Positions 29,585-43,725 of a DNA stretch of 64,000 bases are shown here, one piece after another (the stretch's first letter is position 1; every line of letters begins with the position of its first letter). The position numbers and the translations under genes are program-made. Location of the stretch: assembly GCA_964016885.1 (NCBI GenBank), contig OZ024740.1, forward strand, positions 218,736,001 through 218,800,000. The letters are read 5' to 3'. The notes under the pieces are model-generated. The model ran no database searches. It was not told where the DNA came from and saw nothing but the letters and a program-made list of their open reading frames with translations. The stretch is from Eledone cirrhosa (taxonomy: Eukaryota).

Positions 29585-29773
29585 GTGTGTATATGTGTGT
29601 GTATATGTATGTGTGTATATATGTGTGTGTGTGTATATATGTGTGTGTGTGTATATATGTGTGTGTGTGTATATATGTGTGTGTGTATATATGTGTGTGT
29701 GTGTATATATGTGTGTGTGTGTATATATGTGTGTGTGTGTATATATGTGTGTATATATGTGTGTGTGTATATA

Positions 29774-29826
<53 letters not shown>

Positions 29827-29865
29827 GTGTGTGTGTGTATATATATATATGTGTGTGTGTGTGTG

Positions 29866-29908
<43 letters not shown>

Positions 29909-30109
29909 GTGTGTGTGTGTGTGTATATATATATGTGTGTGTGTGTATATATATATATGTGTGTGTGTGTATATATATATGTGTGTGTGTGTATATATAT
30001 ATATGTGTGTGTGTGTATATATATATATGTGTGTGTGTGTATATATATATATGTGTGTGTGTGTATATATATATATATATGTGTGTGTGTATATATATAT
30101 ATGTGTGTG

Positions 30110-30148
<39 letters not shown>

Positions 30149-30253
30149 ATATATATATGTGTGTGTGTGTGTGTATATATATATGTGTGTGTGTGTGTGT
30201 GTATATATATGTGTGTGTGTGTGTGTGTATATATATGTGTGTGTGTGTGTGTG

Positions 30254-30292
<39 letters not shown>

Positions 30293-30311
30293 ATATATGT
30301 GTGTGTGTGTG
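29182..30311. repeat. Alternating (TG)n(TA)n compound microsatellite
   Basis: Directly visible; source of the CVYIC and HTHT ORFs. Confidence 0.95.
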
Positions 30312-30710
30312 TCATCATCAACGTTTAACGTCCGTGTTCCACGCTTGCATGGGTTTGGACGGGGGTTTTCCCACTTGAGGCAAGAGTGATTATCTTGCTC
30401 GCATAGGACTATCTGGCGGGTTTTCTACAGCTGGATGCCCTTCCTAACACCAACCACATTTACAGTGTGGGGCTGGGAGGTTTTTACCGTGTTGCCTACA
30501 CGGCCACATTACAGCGTGAACTGTGTATTTTTGACGTGACACCTACACGATCTCATTTGTTTCGGCCTGGATGTTGTGGGACCAACATAACTTTACATTG
30601 AAAGGGTGGGGGTGGTGGGACAGGGGTGTATTTTGTTAGAGATGCCTACTGACTGTAGTAGGTTTTACTTTGTATTTAGGTAAGGCGGGTCTTCTCTATT
30701 GAGTACCGCC
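30312..30710 (-). mobile_element. 3' fragment of the same RTE LINE family (3' UTR + last codons)
   Basis: Matches about 18110-18502, with a ~27-nt insertion near 30652-30679; (TGA)n tail. Confidence 0.9.
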
Positions 30711-30988
30711 GTGTATATATATATATATGTGTGTGTGTGTATATGTATATATGTATGTGTGTATATGTATATATGTATGTGTGTATATGTATATATGTAT
30801 GTGTGTATGTATATATGTATGTGTGTATGTATATATGTATGTATGTGTGTATGTGTGTATGTATGTGTGTATGCGTGTATGTATGTGTGTGTATATATGT
30901 GTGTGTGTGTGTATATATGTATGTGTGTGTATGTATGTATGTATGTGTGTGGTGTGTATGTGTGTGTGTGTATATATATTGTGTGTGT
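30711..30988. repeat. (TG)/(TA)/(TATG) microsatellite
   Basis: Directly visible. Confidence 0.9.
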
Positions 30989-31590
30989 CGGGTCACCACT
31001 TGGTGCTACTGGTAACATGTATTCCAGTACAACCTGTCCCATGGTCGGGTCGTTGGCAACTAAACTGGCAACCCCACCAAGGTTTCTTGGTGAGGAGGGT
31101 GACTTTGGACATCCTGCAGGACTAATAACAAAACCTGTCAAAGGGCAAAGGAGCTCTTAAGAGTCAATGGCCATCCAAAATCACCGTGAGAGATGACCCC
31201 TTAGCCTTTGTCAAGGCAGAATTCTAGGAGAAAGAAAACTCTGATATAACACCTGCAACCCTGATGGTATCCAATGATGTTGACTTGTTCTTCTTTTTGG
31301 TAAATATCATCTTGGTTAAGAGAGCGGGACTGGCTTTGTGCAGTGCCTTTGCTCACTATAAAAGCTTCACGGCACAGGCATTGCTTTATATCTGGAGATC
31401 TCTCTGCACTTGTCGTCACATGGTACCGTGAGCCCAGCACTGTGTGTCAATAATTGTCACAAGTGTAGTGTTTGTACCAGAGTTTAAGTCGCTGGCTGGA
31501 CTAAAAAGTCACTCGTTCAGCGCATCGGTCGGGGTTCTCTACATGGATATAAAGTAGTGGCCATGCTACTAAAGAGTTGGCAGCCACCAT
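30989..31590 (+). mobile_element. Second apparently full-length copy of the non-autonomous RTE-derived element
   Basis: Colinear with 17003-17610 with scattered substitutions and small 3' deletions; (GTAT)n tail. Confidence 0.75.
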
Positions 31591-31653
31591 GTATGTATAT
31601 GTATGTATGTATGTATGTATATATGTATATATATATATAGATATGTATAGATA

Positions 31654-34126
31654 TATTTCTTTATTAGCCACAAGGGCGCACAAGAAAAGTGGACAATACA
31701 AAGACATGCCGGGGATTTTACATACAGCTGTGTAAAAAATATAAAAACAAACAATTACAACAATCGAAATTCCCAATAGGGGGGGAGGCGCCACAAATGG
31801 GTTGTTTAATACCCCGTCGATAGAACAACCCTCAACTCCTGGAGCGCGTTGTGCAAGTGCTCCTTTCTTACTTTTGCTCTCTTCTTCAACCTACAGGCTT
31901 ATAAACAGAGAAGGCCTAATCACTCGGGCCATTTTCGCTTCATTCACCCACCTTTCAGGAAATTTACTGGGGTGCAGTGCCTCTCTCTCCACCCTGATTC
32001 TCCTTCTAAAGTGATACTTAAAGAAGGGAATCAATTGTTGTCCGTAGAGAAAGGCATCTATCCTCAGTCCTCTCAACCTCGTCCACCATATAACTTCTTT
32101 CACCATAGCCACCGTACAGAGGAAAACCGCCTCGCCTTCGTTTTTGAAAGAGGCTGGCGGTTTGATCCTTACTATAGACTCGGCAGTCAACTGGATTTGT
32201 CCCATACGCGACAGCAGTTGTTCTACATAGTTCCACAGGTCGGGTACGCCTGGGCAGTGTATAATTGCGTGCAGGACTGTTTCAATGTCCTGCGCGCATC
32301 TTGGGCACGTCCTCTTGGAAGGATCCCTGCCGGGGCGTCCGTGCCTGTAGATCTAGTCACAAACCGGTAGAGCTCCTCGGTAGCACTGCCAGGCCAGGGA
32401 CCTCTGGAAGTTATCCATAGGTCCCGGGCGGAAAGTCCTACCAAACAGACTGGTGAGCTCATCGTCTCGACGCCCAGAGTCTCTCCGAGCACGTCATCGC
32501 CCTTGTAACGTACAATCCCTCTATTGAATGTCGAAGTGGAGTCTTCACTGATTGCTGCGCCCGCTTGCAAGAGGACTGTGAGCGCATTCAATGTGCCAGG
32601 CGCCCATCGTTTTCGGTCTTTTCTTGACCCAGGACTGCAGCTCCGTCAGCGAGACGAGCTGTGGGAAAGCCTGTCTCGCAAACGGTGCCCACACTGGTTG
32701 GGGGTCGGTGAGGAATACCTAGAGATGCCGCAGCCTCAGCGCATGTTTGCGCATCATCAGCCACGGCATTCCCAGCCCTCCGTTGGAAGAGTGCTGACAG
32801 CAGATGGATCTCCTCACCAGCGGAGCCTGCTTCTTCCACAGAAACTGGAAGAGCACGCGTTCCATCTTGGCGAGGTGTTCACGGGGACAAGGCACGACAG
32901 TCAAGCAGTAGTAGATGACGGACGCTATGAAAGTGTTCGCTACCTCCGCTCGACCTTTCAAGGACAGTTTGCACTCTGCCCACTTCTGGGTGAGTGCAAA
33001 CACCTTGGCCGTGACCTTGTTCCAGTTTTTCTCCACCTGGAGGTCTGGACCGAACCAGACCCCGAGCAATTTCACCAGTCCGTCCGTCCAGCGTCCAATG
33101 GTGCTGTCAGACGTCATCGGTTTGCCTCTCCACGTACCGAGTTGCAAACCGACAGACTTGTCCGGGTTTAGTTTTACTCCCGTCAGCGTTTCGTATTCTT
33201 TCAGTAAGTTGCCGATCACCCCGATTTCTGAGGTGCTCGACACCATTACCGTCACGTCATCGGCATAAGCCGACGCTGCTTTGCGCAGTCCCGGTTCTAG
33301 AGGGATGACCTGCAACAGCTCCAATTTCCACAGTAGTGGCTCTAGAGTCAATAATACATACAAAATGGAGGAGAGAGAGCACCCTGTCGAATGGAAAGTG
33401 TGATTGCGAATGGCTCCGATAGGTAGCCGTTCACCTTGACCGTCGAGCAGATGCTAATGCATCGCCTAGATCCATCCTCTGAACACAGGACCAAAACCGG
33501 CCGCCTTGAGAACCGCTTCCAAGTATAGATGGTCGACCCTATCGAATGCCTTAGACTGATCCAAGTTGATCAGAGCCCCACCGAAGCCGGGTTTACCACT
33601 CACCCTCTCTATGATGTATCGCATGAGATGGAGGTTGTCGTGTATGGACCTGGTCGGGATTGCACACGTTTGCGCTTTCCCTACCAGGTTCTCGACGACA
33701 AGCGCCAACCTCGTCGCTAGCACCTTGGCTAAAATCTTTAACTCTGTGTTGAGCAGAGTTATGGGCCTGAAGTTGTTAATTTCGTCCCTCTTGTTCTTGT
33801 CTTTCCTGATCAGCCTTACTATGCCCTTGCCTGCAGAACTGGGAATTCTCCCGTTCTGCTGCCAATTGCAGTAGACAGCTTCGAGGACGCCAGAGAACAA
33901 GTCCGGCATGCCTATGTAAAACTCGTAGGGTAGACCATCTAGACCGGGTGACTTGCGTTTCCCGCAGCGGCCCAGAGCGTCCCGTACCTCAGTGTCCGTG
34001 ATTGGTCTTTCGCAGAATTCGGCGTCCGTGTTCGTGAGATGCGGCAGGCTGTCGAGGTATGAATTAAAGTCCATTGCCCCGTTCGGCTCACCGTCGTTCT
34101 GCTCAAACAGTTGCGCAAAGTGCTGC
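31654..34126 (-). mobile_element. Tx1/L1-clade LINE, 5'-truncated and pseudogenised ORF2
   Basis: KSPGLDGLPYEFY, NFRPITLLNTELKILAKVLA, LDQSKAFDRVDH, YADDVT, LGVWFG, GGLGMP; internal stops; AATAAA near the 3' end (31660-31665, minus strand). Confidence 0.88.
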
Positions 34127-34393
34127 TATTATATATATATTATATATTATATATATATATTATATATATATTATATATTATATATATATATTATATATAT
34201 ATTATATATTATATATATATATTATATATTATATATATATTATATATTATATATATATATTATATATATATTATATATTATATATATATATTATATATAT
34301 ATTATATATTATATATATATATTATATATTATATATATATATTATATATATATTATATATATATTATATATATATTATATATTATATATATAT
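34127..34393. repeat. Pure A/T array of T(TA)n units
   Basis: Directly visible. Confidence 0.95.
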
Positions 34394-35647
34394 CTCCAGC
34401 TGCTGTGATCAGCTTATCGAGTTCCTTGAAGACATTACGCGGCTCATGGGTGGATGTTGTTTACCTTGACTTCGCTAAGGCTTTTAATTCTGTGCCACAC
34501 AAAAGACTTATGGCGAAACTCTCTGCAATGGGTGTGAAGGATGATCTTTTTAATTGGTTGAAATCCTTCATTCTCAGCCGAAAAGAGGTAGTCACGGTTC
34601 TATGACAGCATTCTTCACCATATGAGATGTCATCTGTTCTCAGTCCCCTTTTGTTTGTTGCATACATTAATGACATAGGTGCCAACTTAAAGAAGGCCAC
34701 AGTACTGAAATATGCAGCTGACATCAAGCTGTACCTTGAAATCAAAAGGACAGATCCTGAAATCTAATACTCTTTCCTACAATCAGACCTGGACACAATG
34801 CAGCAATGGATCACAGACTGGCAACTGAAGCTGGCTGTGGACAAGAGTACCACCATGCATTTTGGGAGGAAAAATCCAGTGTCCACAGACTCCCTCCACA
34901 ACACTGATATCAAGAAGTCTTCTTGTGAACGTGACCTGGGCATTACTGTCAGCAGCGATTTGTGTTGGACAAAGCACATCTCTAAAATTGTCAAGAAGGC
35001 CGAGGGTGTCTTGGCATCACTCAGCAAGACCTTTGTTAGCCGCTCTCCAGCCATCTATTTAAAGCTGTATACAGCTATGGTACGACCACACTTGGAATTC
35101 ACATCATCAGTCTGGAACCCCTATCTTACTCAGAACATTGACCTCTTGGAAACTGTTCAGAGACGTGCAACCAAGCGCATACCCTCCATCAGACACCTAC
35201 CATACTCAGAACACCTTGCTTCCCTGAGCATGGATTCATTGAAGCTCCGACGTCTGACAATGGACTTGGTAGACACCCACAAAGTTATTAACCGTCTCGC
35301 CAACAACAATCCTGAGCACCTTTTTGATCTCCATGTGTCTAACACACGTTGACATGACTTTCGGAAACATTTTTTCACGCTTAGAATTGCTGAAGCATGG
35401 AATAAACTGCCTGCATCAGTTGTTAGCTGCTGAGACACTGCATCCTTTAAAACCCTCATGCTTCCCGAAATTCGCCAAAACTGCACCTGATGTTCCCTTT
35501 CCATACACATGCACACGTGTATATCATGACTCATGCACTGTTCATTTTCCTGGCATTTGTACATTACCCTATGTACTATACATACACTTTTGATGAGTTG
35601 TAGTGCACCTGAAAACTGTACACAATATTTTCATTATTATTATATTA
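34394..35647 (+). mobile_element. CR1-clade LINE 3' fragment, degenerate
   Basis: VDVVYLDFAKAFNSVPH, LQSDLD..QQW, ERDLGI, YTAMVRPHLE, VQRRATK; stops and deletions; (ATT)n-like tail. Confidence 0.88.
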
Positions 35648-36051
35648 TAAATAAATAAATAAAAGGGAAGACAGTTCCTTGGTTTAGCAGCTTTAGAATT
35701 GTGATAGATTAAAGAAAATTGTGAGGAATTTGGTAGAATGAATGTTGCAGCTGGAAATATATTCTGCACTATGTTCATCTATTTAGAAACAATGCTGGTT
35801 TTTGTAACTTCCTTTTCACTTATTAGTTAATGCTTGGAAGGAGAAATATGCAGCAATAAGACATTTTGTTATGAAGAGCACATGCAATTAGGTGAAAATG
35901 GATGACTTTGCACAATTATACACTGCTTCTATAGAAAGAGAATACTGAATACTGTGTTCATGTACATGTGCACACACATACAAGATGGATTTGTTTAGAT
36001 AGACAAAAATAGAAAATTCTGCAATTTAGTTTTCAATACTGATTTGGATTG

Positions 36052-36412
36052 TAACCATTTTGATACCAAATTGCCCCTGGTCTGTGACAACAAAACTGTT
36101 TATTTTAAGTGCTTATATCATCTATAAACCTTTTTCTAGTCATGTTTGAAATACCATCTTAACCCTTTTTGTACTAAACTGCGTGACATTTACTCTCATT
36201 CTATGATATGAAACTGTTTAAAAATATATTTATCTAAAAATCACCCATCATAATTTAATGTAAGAACCTTTAAGTTTTGCTTCAAACACCAGCTTAGTAA
36301 TGCAAAAGTTTATTTTATTAAATCTTTCAAGATTTTTTAGTATTTTCAAATTAACTGAAAATAATATGGTCTTTTTTTTTTTTTATTAGAAATATGGTAA
36401 AGAAAAGGTTAA
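36052..36412. mobile_element. Degenerate nested TTAA MITEs, reverse orientation of the 60948-61202 family
   Basis: AACCATTTTGATACCAAA and TTAACCCTTTTTGTACTAAAC starts; GAAATATGGTAAAGAAAAGGTTAA end. Confidence 0.45.
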
Positions 36413-37711
36413 AAATAAAATAAGAGTAATATCTGAAAATATGTAAAATTCTTTATTTTTAAAGAAGCCACTTATTTTAACAATCGTTATTTGTTGAACT
36501 GCTATGTTATGGAAGCAGCAGTGTAAAATGCTGGGTTTCTGTATAATTTCCATCTACCAAATTTTATTCACATGGAATTGGTCAACTTCAAGCTATAGAC
36601 ACTTGCCTATTGAACTTGAAACCGTATGGTTGCGAAGTGAACTTTCTACCACACTACCATGTATGCACTGACATTGAGCAAAATGATTTTTTGGGGTCTC
36701 TTAGAACTTCCTTTTTTTCTGGTTTCCTAAAACCTCACTGGTTTGAACATAAGATATATAGCTTTGACTTGAAAATCTTATCTTGGGAGTGTCCTGCAAG
36801 AGTAATTAATAGCTTTGACAATCCTCCTCTCATGCTATAGACTTATTTATCATACATAGCTATCAGGTGAATTGTTGAGGATGATGTATGCAGATTTTAG
36901 TTGTATGCAGATTTTAGTTGCCTTGAAATTTTTATTTAACTTTATTAAATCTGTAATCTGATATTCAATGAAAAACAAATGGAATATTCAAGCAATTTCA
37001 GATAAAATTCAAAACCAAAAGTCACATTGAGTAAGAAAAATGCTAGCTAAATTCATGTTTTCTTGTATGTATTTTTATTTTATCTAAAAACGATCATTCA
37101 GATTGAAAAGGTCTTCTTCTACTCCTTAAATAGAGCCAGAAATGAATGTTGTGAAGAGAAATGGAATGAGATGGTTGGGCTGTGTTGAGGAAAGATGAAA
37201 GTGATTTAAAAAATGAATGGTGTATAGGATGGGTGGAACCAAGAAGAAACGTGGCTAAGGATGAGGGAGAAGGAAAGGGGCTTTGTTTGGGTATGTATAG
37301 AGGATATGGAAAAGATTAAGACTCTGAAAGGCAAGGCCTAATATATTAAATGTTTTACTTTTGCTTGAAGTTATGTTTCTAGTCGGATTTTGTTTGCCAT
37401 TGCATTTTCTGAAGAATTCAAATAAGACATTTAATGAGGTAGTCTAGAATAATCTCAGAAGATATTTTGGGATCATTGTTTTCTTCAGAATTTTAATTTG
37501 AAGCTATGGAAACTGATGAATGCTTTATTACTGTGAGAGACAGTATTATTAGCTTCTGAATAAGCCAGCCCGGACTTATTTCAGCTTCTGTTTTGTAATA
37601 TTTTTACAATTAGTTTATTTTTATCTTGTTGCATTAAGGTCAAAATAAATATTTTGATATAGTATCTTTTCTACAGCTACTACTGTTATACATACTCCTT
37701 GCTATATTTGT

Positions 37712-38220
37712 CCATGGCTGTGTGGTTAAGTTTACCTCACAACCATATAGTTTTAGGTTCTATCCCATTGGGTGACACATGGAAAAAAAATCTTGTGTGT
37801 GTATGTTTGCCTCCGTGTTTGAATTTAAACAGTGGTTCTGTGCCTTAGTCATTAGACATACTTTACTTAAAAAGCAAATGTGGGTTAGCATAAAGAAGGG
37901 CTGCTGGCTCTAGAATTTTGAAAAGCCTCTCATCCAACTCATGCCATCATGGAAATGTTACCGATGGTGATTTGGGTGGCGTGAGAGGTAGTTACCTGGA
38001 AATAGCTTCCTACATAGCCCTTCTTTCCCCTCTATTTTAATTGAGAATTAATATAACTAATTTAGTTGAAATTAGCTCAAGATGTGACTATAGATGCAGG
38101 CATGGCTGTGTGGTTAAAGAGTTTGTTTGGCAACCATGTGGTTTTGTGTATGGCACCTTGGGTAAGCCTCTTCTACTATAGTCTCACATTGACCAGTGTG
38201 TTGTGAATGTAATTTGGTAG
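37712..38220 (+). mobile_element. Two degenerate copies of a second tRNA-headed SINE family with an RTE-like 3' end
   Basis: CATGGCTGTGTGGTTAA heads at about 37712 and 38101; reverse-orientation copies near 42040-42175 and 55665-55748. Confidence 0.55.
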
Positions 38221-38221
38221 T

Positions 38222-38390
38222 ATCATCAACGTTTAACATCTATCTTCCACACTAGCATGGGTTTAGACGGGAATTGTCCTACTTGAGGGAAGATTGGTCG
38301 GGTGACCATCTCTCGCTCGTATAGGGCTGTCTGGCAGGTTTTCTACGGCTGGATGCCCTTCCTAACACCAACCACGTTTACGGTGTGGAA
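38222..38390 (-). mobile_element. RTE 3' UTR fragment
   Basis: ATCATCAACGTTTAAC...CTGGATGCCCTTCCTAACACCAACCAC matches the RTE 3' end. Confidence 0.8.
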
Positions 38391-39745
38391 CTGTATATGC
38401 ATGTTTTTTTTTTTTGTTTGTCCCTGTATCTGTGTTTAAATACTTACAATATGGCTGATAAAAATATACTTTAAAAAAAATTCAAAATTGAGAAACTATT
38501 TCAGTTTCTCTCTATGATTATACATAAAATTTACATTATTACTTTAATTTTCAAATATCTTTTATTATTAAAAAGGTATTTACACATTGGAAGTATTTTT
38601 AAGTTTAGTAATATCTTCTACTACACCTAAACTTTTAGAAAAAAAATCTTATTTTATTTTTTACTGTTTCGTTAAAAAACTTCCAAGACTGGTGGGAGGG
38701 GTTTGTGAACGAAGGTATCTTCAAGCTGGGGATCTGGTTTGGATGCTTGCAACAGGGTGAATGCTGTTAAAGATACCTAAAGAACAGGTGATGGTGTTAA
38801 AGGAAGTGATGGTTTAAGTATACCACCCCAAAATAATGAATAATAGTAATAATTGTTTATACTTTTAGCACAAGGCCAACAATTTAAAGGAGAGGGAAGG
38901 TCGATTGAATCAACCCCAGTGTGCTATTGGTACTTTATTTTATTGAATTAATAATGACGTGTAGTCATTGTTTCATTATCTTGTTTAGCCCCAAGTCAGC
39001 TCAGTTCATTTTGACCTATTATCAAAGAAATGTTTTGTTCAGATATTGTATTTATGAATGCATTGTCTGTGTCTTCCTCCTTCCTTTTTAAAGACAGCTG
39101 AATGTGATTTGAAGATTTTGCTCTTGTTTTTTAGCAGATCAAACAGCCACAGAGCTACCCCTTTATCAGCTTATTTTCTGTGGAAGGGGTGAGGTTGTTC
39201 ATGAGGCACCTTATGGGAAATTCTGCAAAATATCTCCTATGTATTTTGATTCTGCAGCATTGTAAGGCTGAATGTTTTCAGGTTAAAACCTAATGATTTC
39301 CAGTCTTGTCTAATCTCTTGAACCATTTTGGATTAGTTTTTCATTAATCATTCTCATACATTTGCCATACATATTTATATGAACATTATAATCTTCTTAA
39401 ATTCATTGTCCATGCTGTACACTACACTTATCTTGGCCATTATTACCGTCAGTCATTTCAACTAAACATTTCTATTCCAAATGTTGAACTTATGCCATGT
39501 CTTTGTCAGAATATTTAAATAAAATTGATAACTACTGTATATACTCTTGTATAAGTTGCACCTTTTTCCACAAAGATACATGAAAAACTAGAATAAAAAT
39601 TCAATTCAAAATATGCAGTATATTATGTCGTGTGTACCTTGGTTTTTAAAATAGGTACACCATATTCCTGCATGTCATTAGAGACAACTTAAAGGGCTGG
39701 CGTTAGGAAAAGCATCCTGATTGTTAAACATTATCTCTAAACATA

Positions 39746-39931
39746 AGGGCGGTGGATTGGCAGTATTGGTAGAGTGTCGGATGCCATGCTTTGGCGCATA
39801 GTTACGGCCCTTGCCATTCTGAGTTCAAATCCCGCCGAGGTTAACTTTGCCTTTCATCCTTACGGGGTCGATAAAATAAAGTACCAGTAATAGACTGGGT
39901 AATTGCTGGCCTTGTGCCTAACGTAGAAACA
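39746..39931 (+). mobile_element. tRNA-derived SINE with 15-bp TSD
   Basis: A-box TGGCAGTATTGG, B-box GAGTTCAAATCC, core GCCTTTCATCCTTACGGGGTCGATAAAAT (resembles the Nin/Deu SINE domain, from memory); TSD ATTATCTCTAAACAT at 39730-39744 and 39932-39946. Confidence 0.88.
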
Positions 39932-40173
39932 ATTATCTCTAAACATTCTGTCCAACTCATGCCAGCATTGAAAAGGGGACATAAAAATGATGATGATTGT
40001 AAATGTTACATGCAAAATGGAGGTACATCTTACTAACCAGTATATACAGTATATTTCAAAATAACATCCAGAGTGTGGACCTAGGTAAGTATTAATGAAC
40101 TCATAGTATCAAACACTATCTGAGCTAAGAGGTAAATTTAAACAAATTTAAACAAGTTTGAAAAATGTTATAA

Positions 40174-40641
<468 letters not shown>

Positions 40642-41446
40642 TGAGTAATAATCATTTTAACAAATTTTAGTGAAAACGTTTTCAATCTATCTTTTAAGAG
40701 TATTAAGTTCATCACTGTTTTATGTCGTTTTCATGCTTCGATGGGTGTAGACAAATTGTTAGATGCTGAGGGCAGAAAAGTCAAATGGCTGTGTCTTGCT
40801 CATATATTCCATTTTAGCATGATTTTCAAAGCTGGATGCCCTTCTCAATACCAACCACTTGTTGGTGTGTACTGGGTTTGTTTTCTTGTGGCATAACCAT
40901 TTCATTACTGTATTTCTAATGAAAAATACTGCCTATAATTTTAAAATCATTTTGAACATAATCACTAATTTTGTGGGGTTTAGTAATTACAGCTATGTTG
41001 GTTAAGCCTTTTGATACCACATCTTTTTCTAGAGTTCAAAACCTTGTTTTAATGCATTTAATCAATCCAGAATCCTTTCATCATAAATTTATATAAAAAC
41101 CTTTGTTTAAATCATTTACCAAATACCAGCTTTATAATGAGAAAGCTTGTTATATTACTAAATTCTTCCAAATTCTTGATTATTTAAAAAATTATTTAAA
41201 ATTATCGGCAGAAACCTGGTTTTCAAAGTATAACTTAAAGGTTCTTGGTGGAAGGTTTTGAAACAAAGCAGTTAAAAAATTTGTATCATAGAACTAGGAG
41301 CAGTTTCAGGTGGGTTGTAACAAAAAAGTTAAACCTTTTTTCCTATAAAAACAATGTAAATAAAGCAATTTTTTTTCTTTCATCTCATGAATCAATGATT
41401 CTTTGTTTATTGAACATTTTTGTTGATATTGTGGTATGATGATGTA

Positions 41447-41880
41447 AGTGAAGGCGCAGGGTTTGGTGGTTAGTGTTGGATTTACAATCATAAGATCATG
41501 TGTTCAAATCCTGGGCCAGACATGTATTCTTGAGCAAGATGGTTCATTTCTCATTACTTCCTTTGAGACCTGGTAAGAACCTAGCTAAACCTTAATAGGT
41601 GTGAGCTGTAAATTTCACGTTTTTATCTTGCATATGTTAGACATCTGTATATATATATATGTGTGTGTCTTTCTTTCTCTGTGCATCTTCATATCCACAC
41701 CACCATTTAGAGCATGTGGTAATGTTTATCTATGTCCAACAGGTTTGTTGAATATGAGTGGAATATACCATACTTGTAAATCAAAGTATAGACTGGCATC
41801 TAGAAGGACCCTCAGATGTGGAAAATCTCCCTTAAAAAAGTTTTGCCCAATCCATGTTGGCATGGTAAAGCAGATGTAAA
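41447..41880 (+). mobile_element. Degenerate tRNA-headed SINE with RTE-like 3' end
   Basis: GGTGGTTAG A-box-like and GTGTTCAAATCC B-box; ends CCAATCCATGTTGGCATGGTAAAGCAGATGTAAA, like the RTE 3' terminus. Confidence 0.5.
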
Positions 41881-43725
41881 ACCAGGTGCCCTTTCTGACA
41901 TCAACCCTGATTGACTTTTGCACATTAAACCACCAAACCATGGGAATCTTTGTTTATGTAAGACACAGGCATTACCACTATTGGTGTCAAATGTGAAGCA
42001 AAAATACGTGTGTCAGTATATGACATGCTTCATAGTGTTTTTATCTATAAATTTAACACCCAAGAGACTACAGTAATAGACACTTACCCAAGGTAGCATG
42101 CACTGGGATAGAACTGGAAACCATGTGGTTGCAAAGTAAACTTCTTCTTAACCACACAGCCATGCCTGCGCCTATGCCTGGTTATCTCTTTAAAATATTA
42201 TACAAAGTTTCAATGCACTTCAGTTACGTCAGCATAAACTATTCAGGTTTCAAAACAGTCATGCCAGTTCAATGTCAGCTTGCAGTTAAATCTAATTAGT
42301 TAATTTATGAATAGTTTGTGAATTTGTGATGAGTCAGTGATTCTGCACATTAATTTCTCATCTGCCTTGAAGTACATTTGAATGTTTTGTAGTTAATGTC
42401 AGAACTGTTGTAAATGATTTTGTTTCTTTTGCTCTGCAATGCTTAATAAGTTTTACTACTATTAAAATTTGTCCTAATTTTGTAAAGCTTATTTAATTAA
42501 TCACCTGATTTATAAATAGTTTTGGCTGCTTTCATATGCATTATAGTGCTTCTATTTTTATACAATTCAAAAAATCTCATTTCCATAACTGTCATGTTAG
42601 TAAATAGTTCAATGTGAATTTTTTTTCTGCAACCATTTAGTGCTGTGTTTTGTAAATGTTTACAATTTCCAGCTATGTTGAGTAATACATGGATTGGTTT
42701 TAAATGACATTTGTCAAGAGGGATATAACTTTCAATGACATGTCACTCACTAGGTGAAAGGATGTTTTAAAATTTTCTAATGAAAACAAATAATGATATG
42801 AACCTTTCAGTCTCCTGAAATATTTGCTATAACACAGCTTGTAGTAATATTGTAAATATATCTTATTTCTTTGTTGATGACTTCATGTCACCTTATTAGT
42901 TTTGCACTTGTGTTCTAAGCAATTTTTAAGAATATTGGAATAGAAATAGCTTTGTCATACCATTTTGACTAAATGATAGTCTAATAATGGGGCGTATAAG
43001 CCCATGGAACAGAAAAAGATGGGTATTATGCCATAATACAAAAGACCCACACACCTGCACTACAATGCTAAAAGTAAATGTAATGAGAGGTCCCTTTTAG
43101 CCTCTCTGGAATGACCAAGACAACATAGAGTAGAGCGGGATCTCTGTGTTTGCCAAGTACATGAGAACCTCTCTAGTTGTGGTGCCACTATAAAGTGGTT
43201 GGTGATTGAATGAAGACAATATAAGGTATAGAGGACTCTTTAGTTTGGCTGAAACTATAGCAACCTCTCTAGTATTGGTGCCAGGAAAAATGTACCCGGC
43301 ACACTCTGTAAAGTGGCAGTGTTGGTGCCATGATAAAAGTACCAGGTAGACTCTGTAAAGTGTTTTCTACAGCAGAAAGGATGTCCAACTGTAGAAAAAA
43401 TACCAAAATATGGAATGTATGAGCAAGATGATTTTCCTTGACCAGTCTGGTTTTGGACTGGGACAACCTGTTGGCCTTCGCCAGCATGGAAAACATGTGA
43501 AATGATGATGATGATGATAAACATTCGGTCTCTGTAGATATTATCGAAGCCATTGCTATATTGTGACAGTTGTAAACAAATGTTTTCTTTTTGCTTTACA
43601 TTTACTGAGTGTATATATAGCTTACAGCAACATATTCTCTCTCTTTCTCTTTCTTCACTTAATTGCATTTATTGGCTACATATAGCTAGTTATATTTCAC
43701 TTAGTGTGCAGATAAAATGTCATTC

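Noticed and set aside
31080-31135. HDV-like ribozyme fit (P1' GTGACTT, GG, P4, CTAA)
   Set aside because: The L3 loop would be GGTGAGG and cannot form P1.1; a competing hairpin is stronger; kept only as a structured-leader finding
29116-31160. His/Thr-rich and Cys/Val-rich ORFs suggesting metal-binding proteins
   Set aside because: Products of (CA)/(TG) microsatellites
39746-39835. Possible tRNA gene (A and B boxes)
   Set aside because: No cloverleaf seen; multi-copy with TSDs and a shared body, so a SINE head
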